Positions 26,667-36,768 of a stretch of DNA of 49,424 bases are shown piece by piece. The number at the start of each line of letters is the position of its first letter. The stretch's first letter is position 1. The translations under genes were made by a program, and so were the position numbers. Below the pieces are notes generated by a model. That model was not told where the DNA came from. It made no database searches and saw only the letters and a program-made list of their open reading frames with translations. Origin of the DNA: Bacilli bacterium (GTDB taxonomy: Bacteria > Bacillota_I > Bacilli_A > RFN20 > CAG-826); assembly GCA_028690575.1 (NCBI GenBank), contig JAQVAY010000002.1:1-49424 (forward strand), written 5' to 3'.

Positions 26667-26712
26667 GTTTACCTCCGCTACAATCTCACTAGGTGAGTAT
26701 CGTGCTTTTTTA

Positions 26713-29109
26713 TTATACAACAACTATGTTGATAATCTTATTTTTAACGATAATTATTTTTTTGATAGTCTTGCCCTCTGTGTGGCGAATGACTCCCTCT
26801 TGCTTAAGTGCTAATTCTTGAACAATTCCATCTTCAAGATCTTTTTCTACTTCGATAGTTGCTCTCAATTTTCCATTTACTGAAACCGCCATATTGACTG
26901 TTAAACTAACAACCTTTTGAGGATCGTATGTTGGCCAAGAAGCAAAAGCAATCGTATCAGAGTGTCCAAGCATCTCCCACAATTCTTCTCCTACATGAGG
27001 AATAATGCAGGAAATAAGTTTAACAAATCCTTCAGCATAAGACAGGGAAATGCGATTAATACGATAGACTTCATTGATGAAAATCATCATTTGGCTAATC
27101 GCAGTGTTAAAAGCTAAGCGTTCATAATCTTCGGTCACTTTTTTAACTGTTTGATGGTAAATAAAATCGAGTTCCGGAACGGCTTCTTTGACTACACTAT
27201 TTGATTCAGCAAATAAACGATAGACACGATCAATGAAGCGTCTAGCCCCTTCAACACCTTGATCGCTCCATGGTTTGCTAGCCTCAAGAGGCCCCATAAA
27301 CATTTCATATAATCGAAGAGTATCGGCTCCATATTTTTTTACGATATCAGTAGGGTTGATGGCAAATTCAGGATATCTTTTTCCCATCTTAATGCCGTTA
27401 GCACCTAAAATCATTCCTTGATGAAACAATTTTTTGAATGGTTCATCAAAAGAAATATAACCTTTTTCATGAAGGTATTTGGTCCAAATTCTCGCATAGA
27501 GAAGATGACCAACGGCATGTTCGGAACCACCGATGTATAAATCAACTGGCAACCAGTGATCAGCTAGTTTTTTATCGCAAAAAATATTGTCATTGTTTGG
27601 ATCAACATAACGCAAGAAGTACCAGCTTGAACCAGCGCTTCCTGGCATTGTGGAAGTCTCACGGACTCCTTTGATACCATTTCTATTGTATTGTTTCCAT
27701 TCAGTGGCCTTCTCTAAAGGAGCTTTGCCGTTTTGTGAGGAATAATCTTTTAATTCAGGCAAGATGAGAGGTAACTCTTCATCGCTTAAAGCGTGGACAC
27801 TGCCATCTTCAAGATGAACGACTGGAACTGGTTCGCCCCAATATCTTTGGCGAGCGAAAATCCATTCTCTAAATTTATAATTAACTTTCTTTTCTCCGAT
27901 TTTGTTTGAAACAAGGAAAGCAATCATTTTTGCAATAGCGTCTTCTTTATTTAAGCCGTTCAAGAAACCAGAGTTGATATGAACTCCATCTCCTTCATAT
28001 GCTTCTTTTGTGACATCACCGCCGTCTAAAACAGGGATGATATCAAGGTTGAATTTTTTTGCGAAGGCATAGTCTCGACTATCGTGAGCAGGAACAGCCA
28101 TAATAGCTCCTGTTCCATATGAAGACAAAACGTAATCAGATATAAAGATTGGTATCTTCTTTTGATTAGCTGGGTTTATGGCGTATCGGCCGATAAAACA
28201 ACCAGTTTTTTCTTTGTTAAGTGAGGTTCTTTCCAACTCGCTTTTTTGACTAGCTATTAAGATGTAATCTTCAACTTCGTTTAGCTTTTCATTAGTGACA
28301 AGAGATTTGACGAGCGGATGTTCGGGAGAAAGGACACAATAAGTCGCACCAAAGAGAGTATCCGCTCTAGTAGTGAACACTTCAAAAGTTTCATTGGAAT
28401 CAGCGACAAGAAAACTAATGACAGCTCCTTCACTTCGTCCAATCCAGTTTCTCTGGATTTCTTTTGTTGATTCAGGCCAATCGATTTTATCTAATCCTGA
28501 TAAGAGCGACTCAGCAAACTGAGGTTGATCAATGACCCACTGTTTGAGGTTTTTTCTAATTACTGGATAACCACCGCGTTCCGATTTTCCATCGATGACT
28601 TCATCATTGGATAAAACCGTTCCGAGTTCTTCGCACCAGTTGACTGGCATATCAACATATTTAGCATAACCATCAAGGAATAAACCTTTAAATACCCACT
28701 GGGTCCATTTGTAATAAGAAGGATCACTAGTGGCAATAAGTTTGCTCCAGTCATAGTCAAAGCCAAGTTCTTTTAATTGATTAGTAAAAAAAGTGATGTT
28801 TTTTTGAGTAAATCCGTTTGGATTGTGACCGGTTTGAATTGCGTATTGTTCAGCAGGTAAGCCAAAAGAATCATACCCCATGGGGTGAAGAACATTATAA
28901 CCTTGCATCCTTTTCATGCGGCTGACGATATCTGTTGCAGTATATCCTTCTGGATGTCCAGCGTGAAGCCCAACGCCAGATGGATAAGGAAACATATCTA
29001 GAACGTAATATTTAGGTTTAGAAAAATCATAGACGTCAGTTTTAAATGTCTGATGATCTTCCCAATATTTTTGCCACTTTTTTTCTATTTTACGATGGTC
29101 GTAAGTCAT
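26713..29109 (-). CDS. leuS: Leucyl-tRNA synthetase
   Basis: It has a HIGH-type motif (HAGHPEGY), an intact CP1 editing domain ([27 protein letters not shown]) and a KMSKS-equivalent KMGKR. 798 aa. Confidence 0.97.
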   Translation of the reverse strand: MTYDHRKIEKKWQKYWEDHQTFKTDVYDFSKPKYYVLDMFPYPSGVGLHAGHPEGYTATDIVSRMKRMQGYNVLHPMGYDSFGLPAEQYAIQTGHNPNGFTQKNITFFTNQLKELGFDYDWSKLIATSDPSYYKWTQWVFKGLFLDGYAKYVDMPVNWCEELGTVLSNDEVIDGKSERGGYPVIRKNLKQWVIDQPQFAESLLSGLDKIDWPESTKEIQRNWIGRSEGAVISFLVADSNETFEVFTTRADTLFGATYCVLSPEHPLVKSLVTNEKLNEVEDYILIASQKSELERTSLNKEKTGCFIGRYAINPANQKKIPIFISDYVLSSYGTGAIMAVPAHDSRDYAFAKKFNLDIIPVLDGGDVTKEAYEGDGVHINSGFLNGLNKEDAIAKMIAFLVSNKIGEKKVNYKFREWIFARQRYWGEPVPVVHLEDGSVHALSDEELPLILPELKDYSSQNGKAPLEKATEWKQYNRNGIKGVRETSTMPGSAGSSWYFLRYVDPNNDNIFCDKKLADHWLPVDLYIGGSEHAVGHLLYARIWTKYLHEKGYISFDEPFKKLFHQGMILGANGIKMGKRYPEFAINPTDIVKKYGADTLRLYEMFMGPLEASKPWSDQGVEGARRFIDRVYRLFAESNSVVKEAVPELDFIYHQTVKKVTEDYERLAFNTAISQMMIFINEVYRINRISLSYAEGFVKLISCIIPHVGEELWEMLGHSDTIAFASWPTYDPQKVVSLTVNMAVSVNGKLRATIEVEKDLEDGIVQELALKQEGVIRHTEGKTIKKIIIVKNKIINIVVV

Positions 29110-29111
29110 AA

Positions 29112-30557
29112 TTACTCCTTAAAGGTTCTGGTTAAATTTCTATAAATAGAAAGATACTCTTTCGCGCTTTTACTCCATGAATTATCGGTCTTAAAAGCGT
29201 TTCTTACAAGCATTTTTTTGAGTGAAGTATTTTTCCATATATCGAGAGCATATAAACAAGTATTTTTCAAAGCTTCGGCGGTGAAATCATCAAATCCAAA
29301 ACCATTAGCATCTTTTTCATTCGTCCCGTCGTAGCCGATGACAGAGTCTTTTAATCCTCCAGTGCGGCGTACAATGGGCAAACTTCCGTATCTTTGGGCA
29401 ATCATTTGTCCTAACCCACATGGCTCAAATAGTGAAGGCATTAAGAAGAAATCGCTACTGGCATAAATTTGATGAGCCAATTTATCGTTAAAACCAATAT
29501 AGACAGCGATATTTTGGGGGAAGTTACTTCTTAAAGTCTCAAGCATTTGTTCATATTGATATTCGCCAGATCCTAACAAAACAATGTTGGCGCCTTTTTG
29601 GGCAAGGGTTTCAACAGCGAGATAAAGAATATCCATCCCTTTTTGCCAAGTTAGACGGGAAACCAAGGCGAAGAGAGGTTGACCATAATCAACGATATGT
29701 AATTGCTCAAAAAGAGCTTTTTTGTTATTTAGTTTCTCACGGAAAATGTTCACTCCGTTGTATGGATAAATGAGCATTTCATCGTTGACAGGATTGAATT
29801 CTTGGTAGTCGATTCCGTTAAGCACTCCGATAAAATCATATTCTCGAAGTGGCAGAATACTATCGAGTCCCATTCCTCCTTCTCGGGAGAGCAATTCTTG
29901 ACGATGATTAGGTGAAACAGTGGTAATTTTATCAGCGTAGACAATGCCTGCTTTAAGAGAAGAGACTTGATCTTTAAAACGAAGGTTACCATTTTCATAC
30001 AATGTTTCAGAAAGATTAAAATAATCACCCAGAACTGATTCAGGCATCATCCCTTGGAAAGCTGGATTATGGATTGAAAACACAAATTTTGTCTTTTTAA
30101 AATGTTCACATGCATATTCATCCTCTTTGAAGAGGCAGGGAATCATTCCTGTGTGCCAATCATGGCAGTGAATGATATCAGGAGTTAATGAGATGTGATA
30201 AAGGAGTTCTTTACTTGCTAAAGCAAAGAAAGCAAACCTTTCATTATCATCCCAGTCTCCATAGAAATGGTCTCGATCAAAATATCGTGTATTATCAATT
30301 AGATAATAAGTAATTCCGCTATCGTATGTGGAATAAACATCCGCCCTTTCGCTCCTCCAAGACATAGGAACAACAAAAGAACAAACTTTTTTAACTGAAT
30401 GCTTAGAATTATGTTTAATGAAGCGATAATAAGGCAAAATGATGAATACTTCTTCGCCCATGACAGCGAGCTCTTTTGATAAAGAATAGATGACATCGGC
30501 TAGACCACCAGTTTTGCAAAGAGGTCTCGCTTCACTAGCAACCATTACAATTTTCAT
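29112..30557 (-). CDS. glgA: Glycogen synthase (ADP-glucose type)
   Basis: N-terminal KTGGLADV motif, GT5 family, 481 aa. Confidence 0.93.
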   Translation of the reverse strand: MKIVMVASEARPLCKTGGLADVIYSLSKELAVMGEEVFIILPYYRFIKHNSKHSVKKVCSFVVPMSWRSERADVYSTYDSGITYYLIDNTRYFDRDHFYGDWDDNERFAFFALASKELLYHISLTPDIIHCHDWHTGMIPCLFKEDEYACEHFKKTKFVFSIHNPAFQGMMPESVLGDYFNLSETLYENGNLRFKDQVSSLKAGIVYADKITTVSPNHRQELLSREGGMGLDSILPLREYDFIGVLNGIDYQEFNPVNDEMLIYPYNGVNIFREKLNNKKALFEQLHIVDYGQPLFALVSRLTWQKGMDILYLAVETLAQKGANIVLLGSGEYQYEQMLETLRSNFPQNIAVYIGFNDKLAHQIYASSDFFLMPSLFEPCGLGQMIAQRYGSLPIVRRTGGLKDSVIGYDGTNEKDANGFGFDDFTAEALKNTCLYALDIWKNTSLKKMLVRNAFKTDNSWSKSAKEYLSIYRNLTRTFKE

Positions 30558-31675
30558 TAAATATGGGCTCCTTGTTCAATGAACAAAAAACAATCTGGTT
30601 CACCACTGACTTCATGGCACTCGAACATCCTGACATATTTGTCAGCTAGAACATTGTTAACCTTCGTTCCTTTTCCAACGACTGATTTGGTAAATATAAT
30701 AGAATTATCAATATGGGTATCTTCTTCGATAACGACATCACGGGAAATAATCGAATTGCGAACTTTTCCTTTGATAATGCAGCCATTGGCGATAAAACTG
30801 TTTTTGACATCAGCATTTGGGCCATATAAGGCTGGTGGGGTGTTATGGGTAACGGTATAAACAGGCCAATTATCCAAAAATAATTGGGAACGGGATGAAT
30901 AATCAAGAAGTTTCAAAGACTGATTGACATAATCAGATAAACTTAGAATCGGAGCTACGAATCCCGAAAATTCCCAAGCAAAAAGAGACAGCATTTTCTC
31001 ATCAATGCAGTATCTGACCATTTTTCTAATTCCGTAAAGCAGAGAAACATCGCGTGAAAGTCTCAAAATTTTCTCAAAAGCATCACGATTAAAAACAAAT
31101 GTTCCAAGCGAAATGTCGGCAATCTTTTTCATTCCGGAGTTATTGATGATTTTATTTACAAATCCAGTTTTGCCTCTTTCAATCATTCCGCAGTTTAAGT
31201 ACTGGGTGTCCGCCTTTGTGGTGTGCTTATAAATAATTGATGCCTCAGCTCCTGAAGCGATGTGAGCGTCAATAAAAGGACGAAAATCACAAGAAGTGAG
31301 CATAAAGGGATTAGTAATTAAAACATAATCGGCAGTTTCGTCTTCAAAATATGAACGATTGGTTAATAAGTTAGAAATATCAGTATTGAAGCGAGGGGTT
31401 CCAATCGATTTTTCATTGAAAAATAAACGTAGATATCCAGTTTTGGTGTTATTAATCCAGGTTTGACCTTCTCGAACATGAGTTCTCACTGCACGAACAT
31501 TTTTTTCGACCAAAACACTGATTCGATCAATTCCGGAATTGGACAAATTTGACAAAGCAAAATCCATCAATCCATAGCGGCCAAGAAAAGTAACTGCCCC
31601 AAGAGGACGGTTTTCCGTTAATGGGCCAAGATCTGGTCCATCATGCAAATTGCAAATTCCAATTACTCTTTTCAT
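30557..31675 (-). CDS. glgD: Glucose-1-phosphate adenylyltransferase, GlgD regulatory subunit
   Basis: It is homologous to GlgC with a left-handed beta-helix C-terminus, but it lacks the GGxGxRL nucleotide loop (its N-terminus is ICNLHDGPDLGPLTENRPL). It lies between glgC and glgA as in Firmicutes. Confidence 0.85.
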   Translation of the reverse strand: MKRVIGICNLHDGPDLGPLTENRPLGAVTFLGRYGLMDFALSNLSNSGIDRISVLVEKNVRAVRTHVREGQTWINNTKTGYLRLFFNEKSIGTPRFNTDISNLLTNRSYFEDETADYVLITNPFMLTSCDFRPFIDAHIASGAEASIIYKHTTKADTQYLNCGMIERGKTGFVNKIINNSGMKKIADISLGTFVFNRDAFEKILRLSRDVSLLYGIRKMVRYCIDEKMLSLFAWEFSGFVAPILSLSDYVNQSLKLLDYSSRSQLFLDNWPVYTVTHNTPPALYGPNADVKNSFIANGCIIKGKVRNSIISRDVVIEEDTHIDNSIIFTKSVVGKGTKVNNVLADKYVRMFECHEVSGEPDCFLFIEQGAHI

Positions 31676-32802
31676 TTGTAGCTACCTCCAGAAACTAAAA
31701 TTACATCTGCTTTTCCTAAATTAATCTCCTGATTTTCCCCGACGATAGCCTCAGGAGCAACGATAGCATTATGAACTTTGGCCCCTTTTTTAATGCGAGC
31801 ACCCGCCATAATGACACATCGAGTGCATACTGCACCTTCCTCGATGATTACTTCATTAGAAATAACGCAAGAATCAACTGAACCTAAAATGATGGCTCCC
31901 TGATTCGCGATGCTTCTTTTTATTGAACCCTTGGTGCCAACATATTGAGGGACACTATGAGTATCTTCACTATAAATTTTGGTGGTATCATCGTCGTCGA
32001 AAAGATTGAGTTCTCGATTGTCTAAGGCGATGTCCATATTTGCTTGGTGAAGGGAAGCAAGAGTTCCGACGTCTTTCCAGTAACCTTGGAAGCGATAGGC
32101 TTGGAGTTTATTTCCATCACCCAACATAGTTGGAATGATGTCTTTTCCAAAATCATGATCGGAAGTTTCGCTCTTTTCATCCTCTTTAAGATAACTTCGT
32201 AAAGTTTTCCAAGTGAAAACGTAAATTCCCATTGAAGCTAAATTACTCTTTGGAACTTTTGGTTTTTCTTGGAATTCAACGATTCGGTCGCTTTTATCGA
32301 CAGCCATAATGCCAAAGCGACTTGCTTCACCAGGATCAACTTCAATAACTGAAATTGTCGCATCGGCTCCGGTACTAATATGTAGATCAACCATCTCGTT
32401 GTAGAGGGTTTTATAAATATGATCGCCAGAAAGAATTAATACATAATCGGGATTCTGAGCATCAAGGAAATCGATGTTTTGGGTAATAGCATCCGCCGTA
32501 CCTTTGTACCATTTCGCGCTGTTTTCGGTTTGTCTTGGAGTAAGAGTGGCTGTGAAGGAGTGGACGCCATTTAACCCCCATTTTTCTCCATTACCAACGT
32601 AACTATCAAGAGCCACAGCTTCGTATTGCATTAATACTCCAACCTTGTTGATTCCACTGTTGGCACAATTGCTGAGAGGGAAATCAATAATTCGATATTT
32701 TGCAGCAAAAGAAACGGCTGGTTTAGCAACTTTTCTAGTCAGTGATTCGAGTCTAGTACCCTTTCCTCCAGCGAGAATCATTGCGACAATTTTATATGGC
32801 AT
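31672..32802 (-). CDS. glgC: Glucose-1-phosphate adenylyltransferase catalytic subunit
   Basis: ILAGGKGTRL, FAAKYRIIDFPLSNC and SGDHIY. GGAGGT RBS. Confidence 0.95.
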   Translation of the reverse strand: MPYKIVAMILAGGKGTRLESLTRKVAKPAVSFAAKYRIIDFPLSNCANSGINKVGVLMQYEAVALDSYVGNGEKWGLNGVHSFTATLTPRQTENSAKWYKGTADAITQNIDFLDAQNPDYVLILSGDHIYKTLYNEMVDLHISTGADATISVIEVDPGEASRFGIMAVDKSDRIVEFQEKPKVPKSNLASMGIYVFTWKTLRSYLKEDEKSETSDHDFGKDIIPTMLGDGNKLQAYRFQGYWKDVGTLASLHQANMDIALDNRELNLFDDDDTTKIYSEDTHSVPQYVGTKGSIKRSIANQGAIILGSVDSCVISNEVIIEEGAVCTRCVIMAGARIKKGAKVHNAIVAPEAIVGENQEINLGKADVILVSGGSYK

Positions 32803-32827
32803 TATGCGTACCTCCGCGTATATTCAC

Positions 32828-32862
32828 ATTCTAGCACACGCAAGAAATCACATAAACCAAAA
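32828..32862 (-). promoter_or_regulatory. Candidate promoter of the glgC operon
   Basis: On the minus strand there is TGcTAGAAT (an extended -10; TAGAAT is the complement of 32828-32833) with a weak -35, TTTATG, 17 nt upstream. Confidence 0.35.
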
Positions 32863-32931
32863 GAGAGAGATTCCAGCTAATTAATTTATTAAACGCTTTT
32901 TTTTCCTTAAAAAAATGATAAACTCTATGTG

Positions 32932-33381
32932 ATGAAAGTTTGGCCTTCTTTTCAAAAGACTCTTCTATTGGCGTTAGTCATATTTTTATTTTCCGCTGTC
33001 ATTGTTTTTACCAGTTGCATTAATCTATTTCTTTTTGAAGAGTGGGATTATCGTCAATGGTTAATCATCGGTGTCTTCCTCGCATCATCAATCTTAATTT
33101 TAATTTTCTCTTTACGGACCTATTTCTATGTCATCGAAAAAAGAGAACTAATAGTCATAAAATTCAAAAGAGAGTTGGTTTACCCCTACTCAGAAATAAT
33201 CTACATTGATCAAAACCAAAAAAGAAAAAGATCCACCATCACAATTGTCATGAAAAGTGGACAGATCATATATTTAATTCCTGATAATAAGAATCAGGTC
33301 TATGAGTCATTACAAAAGAACTGCGATGATTTGCTTGATAAGCAGGAAGTAATGAATAAATTTCCTCGCATTAAGTTATAA
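32932..33381 (+). CDS. Hypothetical small membrane protein (2 TM helices plus a soluble C-terminal domain, possibly bacterial PH-like)
   Basis: Two hydrophobic helices (LLLALVIFLFSAVIVFTSCINLFLF and WLIIGVFLASSILILIFSL) are followed by YFYVIEKRELIVIKFKRELVYPYSEIIYID. There are no catalytic motifs. The start could be GTG 32929 or ATG 32932. Confidence 0.55.
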   Translation: MKVWPSFQKTLLLALVIFLFSAVIVFTSCINLFLFEEWDYRQWLIIGVFLASSILILIFSLRTYFYVIEKRELIVIKFKRELVYPYSEIIYIDQNQKRKRSTITIVMKSGQIIYLIPDNKNQVYESLQKNCDDLLDKQEVMNKFPRIKL

Positions 33382-33452
33382 GTTAGATATTTGTTTATTG
33401 CATAAACTAGTTGGTTGTGCTAACATTTTCGAGAATAAAGGAGGCCTACGAT

Positions 33453-33641
33453 ATGTCAAGAGTATGTCCAGTAACAGGAAAAGGACCTTTAAGTGGTAAT
33501 AGTCGCTCCCATTCTTTGAGAGCTTCACGCCGTAGATGGAACTGCAATCTTCAAGTCCGCACAGTCGTGGTTGACGGCCAAGAAATGCGAGTTCGTATGT
33601 CGACTCGCGCTTATCGCAGTCTCAACAAACAATACAAATAA
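33453..33641 (+). CDS. rpmB: 50S ribosomal protein L28
   Basis: MSRVCPVTGKGPLSGNSRSHSLRASRRRWNCNLQ.... AAGGAGG lies 7 nt upstream of ATG 33453. The ORF-track start at 33411 is an upstream extension. Confidence 0.95.
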   Translation: MSRVCPVTGKGPLSGNSRSHSLRASRRRWNCNLQVRTVVVDGQEMRVRMSTRAYRSLNKQYK

Positions 33642-33666
33642 AAAAGGTTAATAAACCTGAAATAAG

Positions 33667-33692
33667 AAACGCGGAGTATTCCGCTTTTTTAT
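33667..33692. terminator. Terminator between rpmB and the convergent membrane-protein gene
   Basis: GCGGA-gtat-TCCGC followed by TTTTTTAT. Confidence 0.55.
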
Positions 33693-33696
33693 TTGA

Positions 33697-34362
33697 TTAA
33701 AAAGATAATGTCAAAACGAATAATAATATCTCGCTAATAAATAAGGAGAAGAAAAGAAGCCATTGAGAAAAAGCGATGGTAATCATGCGTGGACGAACGT
33801 ATTTAATGCTTCCGTCTTCGGCGATAGTTTCCTTCATTCGAATGTTCAAATTAAGTTTGGGATTCAAAAGCAATACTAATATTAATAATGTAAGAACAAA
33901 ACCCAATATAAATATGATAAATGGGATGGGAGAAGTTTCACCTATTTGTTGATTGTAGATAAAAGAACCAATGCTGATTGAAGTTGAAAGTAAAAATGAA
34001 GAGATGAGAAAAAGAATAAACACAATGCTATGTAATCTCATGTAATCTAAAGGAATAAAAACTAAAGCTAAAAACAAAATGGAAGACAATATTCCAGAAA
34101 TCATTATCATAATGAAAAAGCCATTGTTGAATTTCAAATCAAATGTAGAGAAGAAAAAAACAAATGATATGGTAGCCAAAATAAGCGAGATGTTGCCATA
34201 AAAATTCTCGGAAAAATTACTTTTATAGTTTAACTCGTAAGGAAACATGTTTCGAATGTTGTATGTCACCTTATATTTGTTCCTATAAGAAATAAAAGAG
34301 GCGACTAAAAACAAGACGCCAAAGAGAACTGATAATATTAATGCCGGTAAAGTAAATCCCAT
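33697..34362 (-). CDS. Hypothetical polytopic membrane protein (about 6 TM helices)
   Basis: 221 aa, very hydrophobic, with no recognisable motif. Its ATG shares one nucleotide with the rpe stop (TAATG). Confidence 0.6.
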   Translation of the reverse strand: MGFTLPALILSVLFGVLFLVASFISYRNKYKVTYNIRNMFPYELNYKSNFSENFYGNISLILATISFVFFFSTFDLKFNNGFFIMIMISGILSSILFLALVFIPLDYMRLHSIVFILFLISSFLLSTSISIGSFIYNQQIGETSPIPFIIFILGFVLTLLILVLLLNPKLNLNIRMKETIAEDGSIKYVRPRMITIAFSQWLLFFSLFISEILLFVLTLSF

Positions 34363-35021
34363 TAGATTTTTAAACTCCTGATAGCAACTTGTACATCATC
34401 GGCGTTAAAGATATAGGAACCCGCCACAAAGACATCAACTCCCATTTGTTTGCATTCACGAGCGGTCTGGTCATTGATGCCACCATCGATTTCAATCAAG
34501 GTCTTTATTTCGTTTTCATCAATATAGTTTCTAAGTCTTAATATTTTGCCTAATGAATCGCGAATAAAGGATTGCCCACCAAAACCAGGTTCAACACTCA
34601 TAATAAGGACGAGTTCGAGGCTATATAAGAAGGGAAATACTTTTTCAATTGGAGTTTTAGGTTTGATCGAAAGACCGGCTTTAGCTCCATGTTTATGTAT
34701 GATATCAATGACTTCAAACACTTCTGAATCACTTTCACAAGACTCATAATGGAAGGTTAAATAGTCGGCGCCAGCCTCGACAAATCTTTGAGCATATTCA
34801 CGAGGATTGCTAATCATGATATGGACATCATTGACCATTTTGTGAGTTTTTGCGATGGCTTGCAAGACTGGCAAACCAAAGGAAATATTAGGGACGAAAT
34901 GTCCGTCCATAACATCGAAATGTAGCCAATCGGCACCAGCATCTTGAATGCGCTTAATGTCAGCTCCAAGATGAGTGAAATCAGCGGATAGAATAGAGGG
35001 TGCAACGAGAGCAGTTTTCAT
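34362..35021 (-). CDS. rpe: Ribulose-phosphate 3-epimerase
   Basis: APSILSADF, HFDVMDGHFVPN and MSVEPGFGGQ. GGAGGT lies upstream of ATG 35021. The longer ORF-track start (35075) overlaps rsgA. Confidence 0.95.
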   Translation of the reverse strand: MKTALVAPSILSADFTHLGADIKRIQDAGADWLHFDVMDGHFVPNISFGLPVLQAIAKTHKMVNDVHIMISNPREYAQRFVEAGADYLTFHYESCESDSEVFEVIDIIHKHGAKAGLSIKPKTPIEKVFPFLYSLELVLIMSVEPGFGGQSFIRDSLGKILRLRNYIDENEIKTLIEIDGGINDQTARECKQMGVDVFVAGSYIFNADDVQVAIRSLKI

Positions 35022-35884
35022 TTTTCGTACCTCCGTATTTGAAAAATCGCATCTTTTGATAAAGTCAAATAGCAATCGTATGCTATTTTTGAAATTATAC
35101 CATCTTCAAGAGCTTTTTTAACTGTACAACGATCTTCAGAGATGTGTAAACAATTTGAAAAATAACATTTTAGATATAAATCGGTGAAACCAGGAAAATA
35201 TTGGGCAAGTTCTTCTTTATAAAGATCCAAGTCTAAAGAAGAAAACCCAGGAGTGTCAGCGATATAACCGCCCTCATAAGGAAGTAGTATTACTTCTTTT
35301 GTTTTGTGTTTGCCTCTTCCTAAGGCACGAGAGTAATCTCCCACTGCTCTTTCGAAATGAGGGTCAATCGCATTAATTAACGATGATTTTCCTACTCCGG
35401 TTTGACCAATTAAGCAGGTGATATGATTTGTAAATAGTTTTCTTACTTCTTCTAAGCCAGTTCTTTCTTTGTTGCTGACAAAATAAACATCAACATTAAT
35501 TCTTGAAAAAACATCTTTAATCTCACTCATGAGTTCTTGATTATCGCTTTTGTCTGATTTAGTGATAATCACTTTGGCTTTAATACCATTCATATTGGCA
35601 TAGGTCAAATATTTAAAAACTAATAAATAAGAAAAGACTGGTTCGACTAAGGAAGAAACTATGAGCATTTGGTCGACATTAGCCACGGATGGTCTTTTTA
35701 ATTGACTGATACGGGGATAAACATAGTTAATAACCATATCGACTAGATCAATATCAACATTATCTCCCACCATTGGTTTAGTTGTACCATATCGAAAAAT
35801 TCCTCGAGCCGGAGCACGATAAATCACTCCTTCGCATAAAACCGAATAAATACCACAGCTTAAGGCTAGAATTTTACCTTCCAT
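35018..35884 (-). CDS. rsgA: Ribosome small-subunit-dependent GTPase A (RsgA/CpgA)
   Basis: N-terminal OB domain, circularly permuted GTPase (TKSD, GQTGVGKSSLINA, DTPGF) and a C-terminal Cys/His zinc knuckle (CYFSNCLHISEDRC). Confidence 0.92.
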   Translation of the reverse strand: MEGKILALSCGIYSVLCEGVIYRAPARGIFRYGTTKPMVGDNVDIDLVDMVINYVYPRISQLKRPSVANVDQMLIVSSLVEPVFSYLLVFKYLTYANMNGIKAKVIITKSDKSDNQELMSEIKDVFSRINVDVYFVSNKERTGLEEVRKLFTNHITCLIGQTGVGKSSLINAIDPHFERAVGDYSRALGRGKHKTKEVILLPYEGGYIADTPGFSSLDLDLYKEELAQYFPGFTDLYLKCYFSNCLHISEDRCTVKKALEDGIISKIAYDCYLTLSKDAIFQIRRYEK

Positions 35885-36768
35885 TATTTAAAACCAAATA
35901 TACGGGCAAAAAAACTCTTCTTCTCTTTTAATAGTTCAGAATTTTGCGTCAGAATCACTAAATCATCGTGGAAATCTTGGGCAGTGTGATAACGTTCTTT
36001 AAAACTTCTAGCTGTTGATTTAGCAATGACTTTTTCCACTTCTTTTGAACATTGAGGGATGTATTTTTTAGGAGATGGTACTTTTTCACGAATGTGAGCC
36101 ACTACCACTTTGACAGGGTCTGAATCATTGAAAGGGACACGACCAGTCATTAGTTCAAACAAGGTGATGCCTGCCGCATAAATATCGGATTGGGGAGAGG
36201 CAGGAAACCCCCTAGATATTTCTGGGGCCAGATAATGGACAGATCCGATGATTTCTTTAGGTTTTTCATTTTTTGTATTAATGCTAATCGTTTCCGAGAT
36301 GCCAAAATCGCCAAGTTTTATGGTTCCATCAGGGAGATAAAAGATGTTTTGTGGCTTTACATCTCGATGGACAATATTGTGCTCGTGAGCATATTGAAGA
36401 GCAGAAGTTAATTGAATCATGATGCTAATGGTTTCTTGAAGTGGCAAGGCAGAACGAAAATCGAGAACATCTTTTAATGTTTGTCCCGCGACATACTCAT
36501 TAACGATATAAGGGACACCTTCATATGTTCCATGGTTATAAACCTTAACAATATTAGGATGATTCAGAGAAGCAGCAATTGTCGCTTCGTTTTGAAAGCG
36601 CCGAAGATTGATGGGATTCTTCATCACATCTTCTCTAATTAACTTGATGGCAATGCGCTTTTTGGTGATAAAGTCGGTGGCTTCATAAACCTCCGCCATA
36701 CCGCCATGGCCGATTCTCGCTGTTACGCGATATCTTTCATCAATAATTGAACCAATCTTTAGTGGCAT
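35884..36768 (-). CDS. prkC: Hanks-type Ser/Thr protein kinase, kinase domain only (no TM or PASTA)
   Basis: GHGGMAEVY, AIKLI, HRDVKPQN, DFGIS and APE. The protein ends at residue 294 with SFFARIFGFK. Confidence 0.9.
   Translation of the reverse strand: MPLKIGSIIDERYRVTARIGHGGMAEVYEATDFITKKRIAIKLIREDVMKNPINLRRFQNEATIAASLNHPNIVKVYNHGTYEGVPYIVNEYVAGQTLKDVLDFRSALPLQETISIMIQLTSALQYAHEHNIVHRDVKPQNIFYLPDGTIKLGDFGISETISINTKNEKPKEIIGSVHYLAPEISRGFPASPQSDIYAAGITLFELMTGRVPFNDSDPVKVVVAHIREKVPSPKKYIPQCSKEVEKVIAKSTARSFKERYHTAQDFHDDLVILTQNSELLKEKKSFFARIFGFK

Noticed and set aside
26308-26814. 168-aa plus-strand ORF antisense to coaX and the leuS 3' end.
   Set aside because: It is entirely antisense to two well-supported genes. 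It has no homology signal or RBS and shows the typical shadow-frame composition.
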